Below, piece by piece: positions 38,786-48,920 of a stretch of DNA of 64,000 bases; position 1 is the stretch's first letter; every line of letters starts with the position of its first letter. Under the pieces are notes generated by a model that searched no databases, was not told the origin of the DNA, and was given only the letters and a program-made list of their open reading frames with translations. This stretch comes from Candidatus Omnitrophota bacterium. GTDB lineage: Bacteria; Omnitrophota; Gorgyraeia; JAFGHF01. The position numbers were made by a program, and so were the translations under genes. The DNA lies in NCBI GenBank assembly GCA_020341815.1, contig CP070837.1, forward strand, positions 8,034 through 72,033, in the 5' to 3' direction.

Positions 38786-41022
38786 TATTCTCTGCTCTCC
38801 ACTTCCTCTTCCGCACCTATCTCCTGATTGAGATTTGTTTTATCGTCTATAAGGATCTCCCGCGGCTTGGAGCCCCGATAAGGGCCGACCACGCCTTCTT
38901 CTTCCATCATATCAATCAGGCGGGCAGCGCGCGTATAACCCAGGCCCAATCTCCTCTGCAGCATAGAAACAGAGGCCTGCTTTGTCTGCAGTATTACCTT
39001 TACGGCCTCATCAAAGAGGTCGTCCTTTTCCATTTTTCTGGAAAAGCTGCTCTTTTTCTCCTGTGCATCCATAAGCTCCTGATTATAAAGCGGGGGTTTC
39101 TGCGCTTTTATAAAATTCACTATTCTTTCCAGCTCGCTGTCAAAAATCAAAGAACCCTGGGCGCGCACAGGTTTATGCTGTCCGGGCTTCAAAAAAAGCA
39201 AATCCCCTTTACCTAAAAGTTTGTCCGCACCATTCATATCCAGAACAGTGCGTGAATCGACGCGCGAGGCAACGCGAAATGAAATGCGCGCAGGAAAGTT
39301 TGCCTTAATTACTCCGGTTACCACATCTACCGAGGGCCTCTGGGTGGCCAAAATCAGATGAATACCCACTGCCCGGGAAAGCTGGGCCAAGCGTGTTATG
39401 GCCCCCTCTACCTGCTGCTGGGCCACTACCATCAAATCGGCTAATTCATCAATAATTACCACTATGTAGGGCATCCTTGTAACCGCAGAGTCCGCAAAAT
39501 CATCCGCAAAGTCCGCAGAAACTTCTTCTTTGCGCTCTTTGCCTTTCTCTGTGCTCTTTGCGTTTGCAATTTTTTCATTATAGAGGTCGATATTTCTTGC
39601 CCCTATTTTGGCCAGCAATTTATAACGCTCCTCCATTTCACTCACCACCCAGGCCAGAGCAGAAGAGACCTTCTTTGGATTTGTCAAGACAGGACAAAGC
39701 AGGTGCGGCAAGCCATTAAACATAGCCAGCTCCACCATCTTAGGGTCAACCATAAGGAACTTTATCTCATCAGGCGAGGCATTGAAAATAAGACTGGTGA
39801 TGATGCTGTTCATACAAACCGTCTTGCCGGAACCGGTAGTGCCGGCAATCAAAAGGTGCGGCATATCCGCCAGATCCGCAACCAGGGGCTGGCCGGATAT
39901 ATCTTTGCCCAGACATAAGGTAAGCTTGGAAGAAGCCTGCTGAAACTCTGCCGACTCCAGGATTTCTCTGAGATAGACTATGGCACTTTTACTATTGGGC
40001 ACCTCAACACCCACTCGGGATTTTCCGGGAATAGGGGCCACAATACGCACGCTGGAGGCCTTCATCGCCAGGGCAATATCATCGCTCAACTCTACAATGC
40101 GGTGAATCTTTACTCCCGGGGCGGGCTCCAGCTCATATCTGGTAATTACAGGCCCCGGACTGACCTGAGTTACCCTGGTCTCAACATTAAAGTCCCGCAG
40201 GGTAGCCTCAAGTATGTGTGAACTGGCCTGCAAATCATCCTTAATCTGTCTTTCTTCCAATGGAGGAGGTGAATCCAGTAAATCCAGCCCGGGAAATTTA
40301 TAATCGGCAGAAACTCTTTCTACGGGAACCCTTCGCTCAAGCGGCTTTTTGACAACGGGCGGCTTGACTATTTTGGGCTTGGGTATCTTGGGCTTATCTA
40401 TTTTCAAGACAGGCTTATCTATCTTTATCTTTTTAACGGAGGAGACAATCTTTTCTTTAAATACACGCTTCTTAAGAAAAAGAAATAAATTGAATAACCT
40501 GTTCCCCAGCCATTTAAAAAACGGCAAAATCAAAAACTCCGTAGAGACAAATGAAGAAAGAATAGTTAAGCCTAAGGAAATGATCAATGTCCCGGCGCGG
40601 CCAAAATATTTAATCACGAATCCTCCCGCCGCCGTACCGAGCAAACCCGCCCTCTGGAATTTAAGCACCTCATCCTGCGCTCCAAACAAGCTGAGTAAAA
40701 CCGTCGAAGACACAAGCAAAATTGCCGCACCCGATAGCCTGATATAAAGCTTAAGCGGCGGTCTTTGCAGAAAGCGCACCCAGGCCCAGGCCAAACTCAG
40801 CGAACACAAAATATATGCGGCTGCGCCCAAAAACATAAACAGGCCCTCGGCCATATATGCGCCGACAACGCCGATGAGGTTTTTTACCGGGATATTGGGA
40901 TGGGAGGTGCGAAATGAGGTATCCTGGGGATGATAGGAGATTAAACTTAAGAGAATAAAAATGGCAAAGGCTATCAGGCATAATGCCTTTATTTTATCTA
41001 CCAGGGACTGCCCTATTTTCAT
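38785..41022 (-). CDS. ftsK: DNA translocase FtsK
   Basis: 4TM N-domain, PHLLIAGTTGSGKT, IIDELADLM, ATQRPSVDV, gamma domain. Confidence 0.96.
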   Translation of the reverse strand: MKIGQSLVDKIKALCLIAFAIFILLSLISYHPQDTSFRTSHPNIPVKNLIGVVGAYMAEGLFMFLGAAAYILCSLSLAWAWVRFLQRPPLKLYIRLSGAAILLVSSTVLLSLFGAQDEVLKFQRAGLLGTAAGGFVIKYFGRAGTLIISLGLTILSSFVSTEFLILPFFKWLGNRLFNLFLFLKKRVFKEKIVSSVKKIKIDKPVLKIDKPKIPKPKIVKPPVVKKPLERRVPVERVSADYKFPGLDLLDSPPPLEERQIKDDLQASSHILEATLRDFNVETRVTQVSPGPVITRYELEPAPGVKIHRIVELSDDIALAMKASSVRIVAPIPGKSRVGVEVPNSKSAIVYLREILESAEFQQASSKLTLCLGKDISGQPLVADLADMPHLLIAGTTGSGKTVCMNSIITSLIFNASPDEIKFLMVDPKMVELAMFNGLPHLLCPVLTNPKKVSSALAWVVSEMEERYKLLAKIGARNIDLYNEKIANAKSTEKGKERKEEVSADFADDFADSAVTRMPYIVVIIDELADLMVVAQQQVEGAITRLAQLSRAVGIHLILATQRPSVDVVTGVIKANFPARISFRVASRVDSRTVLDMNGADKLLGKGDLLFLKPGQHKPVRAQGSLIFDSELERIVNFIKAQKPPLYNQELMDAQEKKSSFSRKMEKDDLFDEAVKVILQTKQASVSMLQRRLGLGYTRAARLIDMMEEEGVVGPYRGSKPREILIDDKTNLNQEIGAEEEVESRE

Positions 41023-41030
41023 TTTTTATC

Positions 41031-43148
41031 CTACTTTGCCGGAGAGGCCGCCTGCTTAATGCTTAGATTGATCCTGCCCTGCTCGTCAATGGCAATAAGC
41101 TTGACCTTGACTTCCTGGCCGACCTTTACTACATCTTCTACGTTTTTCACAAACTTGTCTGCCAGCTCCGAGACGTGTATCAATCCTTCCTTCTTTGGCA
41201 GGAACTCACAGAAGGCGCCAAAGTTCATCACCTTTTTTATTTTGCCGGTGTAAACCTTTCCTACCTCCGGTTCCTCCGTCAGGCCATTAATATAATCTAT
41301 TGCCTTTTGCATAGCCGCTTCCTCTAAGGCAGAGATAATCACCCGACCGTCATCTTCTATATCAATAGTAGCTCCTGTATCCTGAATAATCTTGCGAATA
41401 GTTTTTCCGCCCGGGCCGATGACTTCCCCGATTTTAGCGGTGTCTATTTTAATTACATGAATCTTGGGGGCATATTTGGAAATAGTGCTTCTGGGCTGAC
41501 TGATTACCTCAGATATTTTATCCAGGATAATCATCCTGGCTTTTTTGGCCTCAGTCAATATCTGGGTAATAAGCTGAGGGCTTATCCCCTCTATTTTGAT
41601 ATCTACCTGAATAGCGGTAATACCGTCTCTGGTCCCTGTAACCTTAAAATCGGTATCTCCGAAATGGTCCTCCAGCCCTAAGATGTCAGTCAAAATAGCT
41701 GCTTTATTTCCTTCCTTTATCAGTCCCATGGCCACTCCGGCAACCGCTGCTTTAATCGGCACACCGGCATCCATTAAAGCCAAAGTCCCGGCGCAAACCG
41801 TAGCCATGCTGGAGGAGCCGTTAGACTCTAAGATCTCCGAAACCACGCGCACCGTATAGGGAAACTTCTCCTTGGAGGGCATCACCGGCTTTAAAGCCCG
41901 CTCAGCCAGGGCGCCATGGCCGATCTCGCGCCGGCCCGGGCCTCTAATCGGACGGATTTCTCCCACGCTGAAAGGAGGAAAGCTGTAGTGTAACATAAAA
42001 TTCTTGAACATCTCTCCTTCTAAGGCCTCTACCATCTGCTCATCCGAGCGGCTGCCCAATGTAGTCACCGAAAGACTCTGGGTTTCCCCCCGGGTAAACA
42101 GCCCGGAACCATGCGTCCTGGGAAGGGCGCCGGCCTTGCAACTGATGGGACGGATCTCATCATAACCTCGTTCTCCGATACGCACCTTTTTCTCTAATAC
42201 CAGCTTTCGCACCTGTTGCTTCATTGCCTCACTTAAGGTCGTCTTTATATCCTGCTCGGTATAAGCGGCTTCATCGGTGAGTAATTTTTCTATCAAGCTC
42301 TTAATCAGGAGCTCGGTCTTCTCCAGCCTCTTTTCCCTGTTGGCAATCTCAAAAATCTGCTCTATCTCACCAAGGGAGAGTTTCTCCACCTTCTTCATAA
42401 GCTCCGGGTCAATCTTTTTAAGTTCCAGGGTACGGGCAGGGTGAGTTAAGTGCGGCTTTACCTTCTTCTGCAAGCCCTGTTGCAACTTAATAATCTCCTG
42501 CAAATCTTTCCGGGCAAAGTTGATAGCCTCGGTAACAGTCTCTTCCGGCACCTCATTTGCCCCGGCCTCCAGCATAACCACGCCTTCTTCCGTAGCGGCA
42601 ATCACCAGATCCAGGCTACTCTTATCTAATTGGGCGTAAGTTGGATTGATGACGAACTCATCGTCAATTTTACCGACACGGACAGCGCCTATCGGCCCGC
42701 CAAAAGGAGGATTTTTGCCAAAGGCAATATTGGCCAGCATAAGGGCGGAAGACGCCCCCACCATGGCCAGGACATCCGGGTCGTTTTCTCCATCGCTGGA
42801 GAGGACAATAGCCATTACCTGAACCTCATTAAAAAGGCCCTTGGGAAACAGCGGCCGGATAGGCCGGTCAATGAGCCTGGCGCTTAAAATCTCTTTTTCC
42901 GAAGGACGCCCCTCTCTCTTAAAGAACCCGCCCGGGATTTTACCTGCGGCGTAGGTCTTCTCCTGATATTCCACAAATAAAGGGAAAAAACTGGCTTCTT
43001 CTCTGGGTTCATCCGATATTACCGCAGTCACCAAAACTACTGTGCCGCCGTACTGGACGGTAACTGCTCCATCGGCCTGTTTGGCTACCTCTCCTGTTTC
43101 AATAACCAGGTTTTCCCCGCCTAATTTTAATTCTACTTTCTCTAACAT
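41031..43148 (-). CDS. pnp: Polyribonucleotide nucleotidyltransferase
   Basis: [32 protein letters not shown] and S1 domains. Confidence 0.97.
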   Translation of the reverse strand: MLEKVELKLGGENLVIETGEVAKQADGAVTVQYGGTVVLVTAVISDEPREEASFFPLFVEYQEKTYAAGKIPGGFFKREGRPSEKEILSARLIDRPIRPLFPKGLFNEVQVMAIVLSSDGENDPDVLAMVGASSALMLANIAFGKNPPFGGPIGAVRVGKIDDEFVINPTYAQLDKSSLDLVIAATEEGVVMLEAGANEVPEETVTEAINFARKDLQEIIKLQQGLQKKVKPHLTHPARTLELKKIDPELMKKVEKLSLGEIEQIFEIANREKRLEKTELLIKSLIEKLLTDEAAYTEQDIKTTLSEAMKQQVRKLVLEKKVRIGERGYDEIRPISCKAGALPRTHGSGLFTRGETQSLSVTTLGSRSDEQMVEALEGEMFKNFMLHYSFPPFSVGEIRPIRGPGRREIGHGALAERALKPVMPSKEKFPYTVRVVSEILESNGSSSMATVCAGTLALMDAGVPIKAAVAGVAMGLIKEGNKAAILTDILGLEDHFGDTDFKVTGTRDGITAIQVDIKIEGISPQLITQILTEAKKARMIILDKISEVISQPRSTISKYAPKIHVIKIDTAKIGEVIGPGGKTIRKIIQDTGATIDIEDDGRVIISALEEAAMQKAIDYINGLTEEPEVGKVYTGKIKKVMNFGAFCEFLPKKEGLIHVSELADKFVKNVEDVVKVGQEVKVKLIAIDEQGRINLSIKQAASPAK

Positions 43149-43156
43149 ATCTCCTC

Positions 43157-43426
43157 TTACTTTCTAAGCTTGAGTCTTTTAATCAGCTTTTCGTATTCTT
43201 CTTCATCTTCTTTCTTAAGATACTCCAAGAGCTTTCTACGCTGATTTATCAGGCGCAGGAGCCCCTGTCTTGAGTGGTGGTCTTTCTTGTGGACCTTGAA
43301 ATGCTCCACAAGGGCATTGATTCTTTCTGTAAGCAGGGCAATCTGCACAGAAGAAGAACCGGTATCTCTCTCATGCATCTTATAATCATGAATTAATTTT
43401 TCTTTCTTGTCTCTCAGCAAGCCCAT
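43157..43426 (-). CDS. rpsO: 30S ribosomal protein S15
   Basis: [29 protein letters not shown]. Confidence 0.97.
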   Translation of the reverse strand: MGLLRDKKEKLIHDYKMHERDTGSSSVQIALLTERINALVEHFKVHKKDHHSRQGLLRLINQRRKLLEYLKKEDEEEYEKLIKRLKLRK

Positions 43427-43469
43427 ATTCTTTCGAAACCTCCTTTTTCGACTTAAAGCACTGATACAA

Positions 43470-44165
43470 CTACCTTGGATATCCTATCGGAATAACATAC
43501 AAAGGCTGTTCTTTATCCGGCAACTGCAATACTGCCTTTACCGCCTGATCATCAAAGGCACCCACAGGCACAGAACCCAGCCCCAGAGCAACCGCCTGCA
43601 AATGGACGTTCTGGGCTATGTGTCCCACTTCTATATCTGTATAACGCTCACCGCGCGAGCCGTAATGCGAGGTAATCCTTTCATAAACTGCCGCAATTAC
43701 AATACTCACCGGGGCCTGGGCAACAAAACCCTGACCCAGACAAGCCGCAGCCAGCTGACTGCGCATGTCTTTCGGTAAAAGCTGCTCTAACTTATGCCCC
43801 CGGGGTAAGTAGTGAAATAATCCATCGCTCTTGACGATGTAAATCTCCATCGGATAACGCGCACCTGCCGAAGGCGCGGCCCGATAGCCGCTTTCAGTTT
43901 CGGTAATCCCCTGAGCCGACCAAAGCAGCTGTCCGATCTGCGCAAGCGTCAGCTCTTGCGGCCTAAAGCTGCGCTTTGACCTTCTCTGCACTATGGCCTC
44001 TTCCAGCGAAATCTCTCCTTCGAGGCGGGGAACAGGTAAAGATATATTCTTTTCCATCGTCTCTAACTCTTGAGCTTCTGCCGAAGGGACTCCCAGCGCA
44101 AATCCAAGCAATATAACTGTAAAAAGATACCTCATTTTATAGACCAGGATTATAGCACATATCAA
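43470..44165 (-). CDS. SagB/ThcOx-type nitroreductase-family protein
   Basis: [32 protein letters not shown]. Confidence 0.88.
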   Translation of the reverse strand: MICAIILVYKMRYLFTVILLGFALGVPSAEAQELETMEKNISLPVPRLEGEISLEEAIVQRRSKRSFRPQELTLAQIGQLLWSAQGITETESGYRAAPSAGARYPMEIYIVKSDGLFHYLPRGHKLEQLLPKDMRSQLAAACLGQGFVAQAPVSIVIAAVYERITSHYGSRGERYTDIEVGHIAQNVHLQAVALGLGSVPVGAFDDQAVKAVLQLPDKEQPLYVIPIGYPR

Positions 44166-44243
44166 CTAAAATTGCAATCTTTATTTAAGATTGACTGCTG
44201 GGGTCTCTTATGTTAAGATGGAGGTTCAAAATAAGGAGATGAA

Positions 44244-44960
44244 GTGGAGAACCCCCGGGTTTCCATCGTTATACCTGTTTATAATGAAGAAGAAAATATC
44301 CCTCTATTACTTGAAGGCATAGCTCAAGTAATGGACGGACGCACCGAACCCTGGGAGCTGATTATTATCGATGACGGAAGCACGGATAACAGCCTTGAAG
44401 TTTTAAAGACGCTGGCTGATAAGTATCCTCCTCTGCGCATCATCAGGTTTCAAAAAAACAGCGGCCAAAGCGCCGGTTTCGATGCCGGATTCAAGCTGGC
44501 CAGGGCCGAGACAGTAGTTACTCTGGATGCCGATTTGCAATATGACCCCCGTGACATCCCCCGCCTGTTAGAAGGATTAAAGGATTATGATGTAGTCTGC
44601 GGCCGGCGCAGGAAGAGGCTTGACCCCTGGCTCAAACGCGTCTCTACCAAAATAGCCAACGCCGTCAGGAATAAGCTCAGCGGAGAAAATATAAAAGACA
44701 CCGGCTGCTCCCTCAAGGCTTTCAAAAGGTCTTTTCTCGTAAATCTAAAAATGTATAAAGGCATGCACAGATTTCTGCCTACTCTGTTAAAAATGCAGGG
44801 TGCTAAAGTTACCGAAGTTGAGGTAACCCACCTGCCGCGAAAGTTCGGCCGTTCAAAATACAATATCAGAAATCGCCTGTTCCGCTCCTTTCTGGATTTA
44901 TTATTTGTTGCCTGGATGAAAAAACGTAACCTGGATTATAAAATGGAGGTTATCCGATGA
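44244..44960 (+). CDS. GT2 glycosyltransferase (ArnC/DPM1-like)
   Basis: IVIPVYNEE, DDGSTD, NSGQSA, DADLQ, DTGCSLK, HRFLP. Confidence 0.9.
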   Translation: MENPRVSIVIPVYNEEENIPLLLEGIAQVMDGRTEPWELIIIDDGSTDNSLEVLKTLADKYPPLRIIRFQKNSGQSAGFDAGFKLARAETVVTLDADLQYDPRDIPRLLEGLKDYDVVCGRRRKRLDPWLKRVSTKIANAVRNKLSGENIKDTGCSLKAFKRSFLVNLKMYKGMHRFLPTLLKMQGAKVTEVEVTHLPRKFGRSKYNIRNRLFRSFLDLLFVAWMKKRNLDYKMEVIR

Positions 44961-45220
44961 ATCTCTGGATTCTTTTAGGTCTCTTTGCCCAATTTCTTTT
45001 CTTCATGCGTTTTTTTGTGCAGTGGATAGTATCGGAGAAAAAGAAAGAAAGCACTATCCCTGAATCTTTCTGGTATTTCAGCATTGCCGGAAGCCTTCTG
45101 CTTCTGATATACTCTATCTACAGAAAGGATATAGTTTTTATCCTCGGGCAAAGCGTAGGTTCATTCATATATATGCGTAACCTGATATTAATTCATAGAA
45201 AAGGAAAAGTTTCCGTTTAA
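44957..45220 (+). CDS. Lipid-A-disaccharide synthase N-terminal-like (LAB_N) membrane protein
   Basis: RFFVQWIVSE...P..FWYFSI.G...D.VFILGQ. Confidence 0.85.
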   Translation: MNLWILLGLFAQFLFFMRFFVQWIVSEKKKESTIPESFWYFSIAGSLLLLIYSIYRKDIVFILGQSVGSFIYMRNLILIHRKGKVSV

Positions 45221-45221
45221 T

Positions 45222-46892
45222 ATGCTTAAAAGACAATTATCTCAGCGCCGGGGCATGCTTTTATTTGTCCTGGTAATTTTTTCTCTGGCTGCGCTCTTTG
45301 TGAACCTGGAAAAAAGGAGCTTCTGGGAGCCGGATGAAGGAAGATATGCCGAGATATCCCGGGAAATGCTGGAGTCCGGCGACTGGCTTACCCCCCGCCT
45401 AAACTATATTAAACATCTGGATAAGCCTCCTATTACCTATTGGCTTATCGGCTCTTCTTTCAGGCTCTTCGGGCAGAACGAATTTGCCGGACACCTGCCG
45501 CTGGTTATTCTGGCCTTTGCAGGAGTGTTGGCCGTTTATTCCTTAGCCAAAGAGACGCAAGGTGCACGCACAGCATTCCTTTCGGCAATTATCTTAATCA
45601 GTACCCTGGGTTATCCAGCCTTGGCGCGGGTGCTTTCCACCGACATAATACTTAGTTCTTTCTGTCTCTTTTCTTATCTATTTTTTGTGCGAAAAAAATA
45701 TTTTCTCTTTTATCTTTCGCTGGCCTTGGGTTTCATGACTAAAGGGCCGATAATCCTTTTGCTTGTGCTTCTGCCCATCTTTATCTTTCTCATCTATACA
45801 AAACAAACATATATCTTTAAAGAAATGCGCCTTGTGTCTGGAGCAGTCATCTTTGCGGTCGTGGGACTGCCCTGGTTCATCTATCAAATACTTATTCACA
45901 AAGGCCTCAGTTACAATTGGCTCATGCAGCAAACTGTAAGCAGGATAGCCACCAGAGGCGAAGAACCCTTCTATTTCTTCGTTCCAGTATTAATCGGACT
46001 TTTCTTCCCCTGGATATTTTTCTTAAGCCCGGCCCTAAAAAGGTATCTCTCTTTCAAAAGGACATCGTTCGATAAAGAAAAGACATGGACCCTGCTTCTT
46101 TTCCTCTGGTTCCTGGTACCTTTTATTTTCTTCTCCTGTATCGGCAAAAAGCTGGTTCCCTATATTCTGCCGCTTTTGGCACCTCTGGCGGTAATAACGG
46201 GCCGTCTCTGGGATGAGACTATGGATAATCCCGCAATATTATCGGAGAAGTTTTTTTCTGTTTCCTATTATATCTTCCTATCGTGTAAGTCAATTATGTT
46301 AATAGCAATGCTCACTTTTCTCTATCGGGGCATTGATTACCAGCTCGATATCCCTGCGGCCCGTCCAAATATAATCGCGCTTTGCATAATATTGGCGGGT
46401 TCAATAACAGCAAGCGTATCTTTCTTCCGCCTAAAAAAACCTCAAGCGCTTTTCTGGACTGTAGCCTTAACTTCTGCGCTTTTCTTCCATACGGCAATAG
46501 ATGTACTGCCTAAGATAGAGGCGGATATCAGTAAATCCGTAAAGCCTCTGGCTCTAAAGATTAAGCAAGACTTAACACCAGAAGACAAAATAGTTAACTA
46601 CCGCTGCTTCCTGAAGAGCCTACCCTTTTATCTTTCTCGCCGCACAATAGTCATTGAGCGAAGCCGCCACTTAGACTTTGAAGAAAATGAGCACTGGCAG
46701 GATTATCTGCTCAAGGACAAAAATGACCTTTACAGGCTTTTATCTTCCAGAAAGACGCGCATCTTCTGCATTACCTATACCTGGGAATTTGAGAAGATTA
46801 AGGCGGAATATTCCGGGCGGATTTATTTATTGGGTAAGGCAGGAAAATATGTGCTCTTCAGCAATCAAATGAGGCCCAAACTTACGGAATAA
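45222..46892 (+). CDS. ArnT/PMT-family glycosyltransferase
   Basis: PDEGRYAEISREM, DKPP, MTKGP, K...YILP. Confidence 0.9.
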   Translation: MLKRQLSQRRGMLLFVLVIFSLAALFVNLEKRSFWEPDEGRYAEISREMLESGDWLTPRLNYIKHLDKPPITYWLIGSSFRLFGQNEFAGHLPLVILAFAGVLAVYSLAKETQGARTAFLSAIILISTLGYPALARVLSTDIILSSFCLFSYLFFVRKKYFLFYLSLALGFMTKGPIILLLVLLPIFIFLIYTKQTYIFKEMRLVSGAVIFAVVGLPWFIYQILIHKGLSYNWLMQQTVSRIATRGEEPFYFFVPVLIGLFFPWIFFLSPALKRYLSFKRTSFDKEKTWTLLLFLWFLVPFIFFSCIGKKLVPYILPLLAPLAVITGRLWDETMDNPAILSEKFFSVSYYIFLSCKSIMLIAMLTFLYRGIDYQLDIPAARPNIIALCIILAGSITASVSFFRLKKPQALFWTVALTSALFFHTAIDVLPKIEADISKSVKPLALKIKQDLTPEDKIVNYRCFLKSLPFYLSRRTIVIERSRHLDFEENEHWQDYLLKDKNDLYRLLSSRKTRIFCITYTWEFEKIKAEYSGRIYLLGKAGKYVLFSNQMRPKLTE

Positions 46893-46921
46893 AATGACGT
46901 AAGTTTGTTGGCCGAATATGA

Positions 46922-47026
46922 CCCCGTACCAAAAATACTTCAACAGTCAAAACTAAAAGCAAACTAATGCTATATGGCACTAGTTCACTTTTAAAAATCA
47001 ACCGTTGTTAGTATTTTGGTACGGGG
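46922..47026. mobile_element. 105-bp MITE-like element, copy C
   Basis: TIR CCCCGTACCAAAA(A)TAC, same central palindrome. Confidence 0.78.
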
Positions 47027-47081
47027 TTAATTCGCACAGCGACTTATGTTCACTAGTGTTCCATAAGTCGTGTGTTCATTA

Positions 47082-47543
47082 AAGAGAGTAGAGCTATAAG
47101 CCGAGTTCTGTATTTGACGGCCATCCATCTAGTTTTGCCGTTACCGACAAAATCAATAGCGGTCAACCCGAAAGTGCTGACGAACCGGGTGAAGCTCGTT
47201 GCCATATAAGCATCCCTTCCTATTTAACCTTTCTCCGCGTAGAGATTACCTCTTTTCACCCTCTGCCCAGAAAAATTTTTCTGGATGAGTTGTTGTCTCT
47301 GTGGCTCTAATCCTATCCCGAACCAAAATACTTCAACAGTCAAAACTAAAAGCAAACTAATGCTATATGGCATTAGTTATGCCAAAAGTATAAAACTTAG
47401 CAGTATTTTGGTTCGGGACGATGGGCGTTACCCACTACGCTCACCCTTTGGAGCTCGGACTTTCCTCTCCCCCTGCTGTTTCGTTTTGCTTCGCAAAAGC
47501 GAAACAAAACGACAGGGGCAGCGACCATCCGCTCTACTCTCTT
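47082..47543 (-). ncRNA. rnpB: RNase P RNA
   Basis: GAGGAAAGTCCGAGC and ACAGAACTCGGCTTA (P4 halves), GCCACAGAGA, P1 AAGAGAGTAGAGC/GCTCTACTCTCTT. Confidence 0.95.
47316..47418. mobile_element. 103-bp MITE-like element, copy D (inside rnpB)
   Basis: TIR TCCCGAACCAAAATAC; left arm identical to copy C. Confidence 0.8.
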
Positions 47544-47554
47544 ACAAAGAACAA

Positions 47555-47986
47555 TTAATTTGATTTCAGGCTCGTATCAATTCTTGAATCAATGGCCTCG
47601 TTGGCAAGCCTGTCGGCCTCTTTATTTTCTTCCCGTTTGATTTGTCTTATTCTTAATCTATCGAAGCCTGTCTTCAAATGCAAAAATTGCTCATAATATG
47701 TTTTCAAATTGGAATTCTTAACCCTGTATTCCCGGTTCAATTGCTTAACCAGAAGTTCGCTGTCCGAATAGACCGCCACTTCACGAAGTCCAAGGATAAG
47801 GGCCTCCTGCAAGGCATAGATAAGGGCCGTATATTCGGCGGCATTATTGGAAAGCTCACCGATATATTTATAAAGCTGTTTTATCTTGCGGTTTTCTCCG
47901 TCCTTAATCACTATACCTATCCCTGCTTCTCCGGGATTGCCGCGGGCAGCTCCGTCAATATAAATAAAACACTCTTTTGCTTGCAT
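47555..47986 (-). CDS. rnhA: Ribonuclease HI family protein
   Basis: YIDGAARGNPG, NNAAEY.AL, DSELLV.Q, REENKEADRLAN. Confidence 0.88.
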   Translation of the reverse strand: MQAKECFIYIDGAARGNPGEAGIGIVIKDGENRKIKQLYKYIGELSNNAAEYTALIYALQEALILGLREVAVYSDSELLVKQLNREYRVKNSNLKTYYEQFLHLKTGFDRLRIRQIKREENKEADRLANEAIDSRIDTSLKSN

Positions 47987-47989
47987 AAT

Positions 47990-48700
47990 TTACTCCGGAT
48001 AATATAAAAGACGGGCACAAAACTCACACGTCACTATTTTATCTTTCATTCTGACTTCGTTAATTATCTGGGGAGGTAAAACCCGATGGCATCCCCCGCA
48101 GGACTCACCAGAAAGCGCAACCAGGGCCAGGCCCTCCTTGGCTTTAAGTATTCTCTCATAGCGGCTCAAGAGGCTTTTTTCCACATTAGAGCTAACTTGT
48201 GTTCTTTCTTTCTCCAGGGAAGAGAGCTTCTGTTCTATTGCTTTAATCTCCTGGTCTATTTTTATCGTCTCCTCTTTTAATTTTTTCTCCTCAAGGGCCA
48301 ATTTTTCCTTTTCTTCGGTAGTCTCTGCTTTAATTTTATCTATTTTCTCCATCCACTGCAATATATCATCTTCCAAAACGGCATTATCCGCTTTTAAACC
48401 GGCAATTTCTTTCTGTAAAGAGAGATATTCCTTATTAGTCTTGACTTGCAAGAGTTGTGTTTGATACTTTTTAATCTCTTTCTCCTTGGTCTCCATTTCC
48501 ATTTCGTGCTCTTTTCTTTTTAATTGCGCGGACTTAAGCTCCTCTCCTTTATCCTTCAGAGTTTTTTCCTTCTGGGCAAAGGCTTCTTTCAAGGCCTCCT
48601 TTTCTGCCGGCTTAGAGGACTTCTCATCCTTTAGCCTGTAGATTTCGCCGTCAATTTCCTGCAGTTTAATTAAAGTATTGATATGTTCCTGAACCATCAT
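47990..48700 (-). CDS. Coiled-coil + C4 zinc-ribbon protein (CT398-like)
   Basis: LQEID, long coiled coil, CGGCH...CEFCARLLY. Confidence 0.88.
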   Translation of the reverse strand: MMVQEHINTLIKLQEIDGEIYRLKDEKSSKPAEKEALKEAFAQKEKTLKDKGEELKSAQLKRKEHEMEMETKEKEIKKYQTQLLQVKTNKEYLSLQKEIAGLKADNAVLEDDILQWMEKIDKIKAETTEEKEKLALEEKKLKEETIKIDQEIKAIEQKLSSLEKERTQVSSNVEKSLLSRYERILKAKEGLALVALSGESCGGCHRVLPPQIINEVRMKDKIVTCEFCARLLYYPE

Positions 48701-48826
48701 TTAGTCGCTCGTATCTAGTCGCTAGTCGCTTGTATTTAATATCTCGTTAAAAACTCTTTATTTAATTATTAAATCTTTTATTTTTCTATTTTTACTAGAT
48801 ACTAAATACTATATACTAGCGACTTA
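48701..48826. repeat. Inverted heptamer-array element, empty form (E3)
   Basis: CTAGTCG/CTCGTAT units, AT-rich core, then ACTAGAT/ACTAGCG units. Confidence 0.8.
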
Positions 48827-48829
48827 TAA

Positions 48830-48904
48830 TGGTGGGCCCACAAGGATTCGAACCTTGAACCAACAGATTATGAGTCTGCTGCTCTGCCGTTGAGCTATGA
48901 GCCC
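48830..48904 (-). tRNA. tRNA with CAT anticodon, probably Ile2 (lysidine)
   Basis: GGGCTCA acceptor, GCAGA-CT CAT AA-TCTGT, CCA; lacks initiator features. Confidence 0.88.
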
Positions 48905-48920
48905 TGTGTCTGTAACTCTC

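Noticed and set aside
47285-47563. 92-aa plus-strand ORF
   Set aside because: Antisense to rnpB and the inserted repeat.
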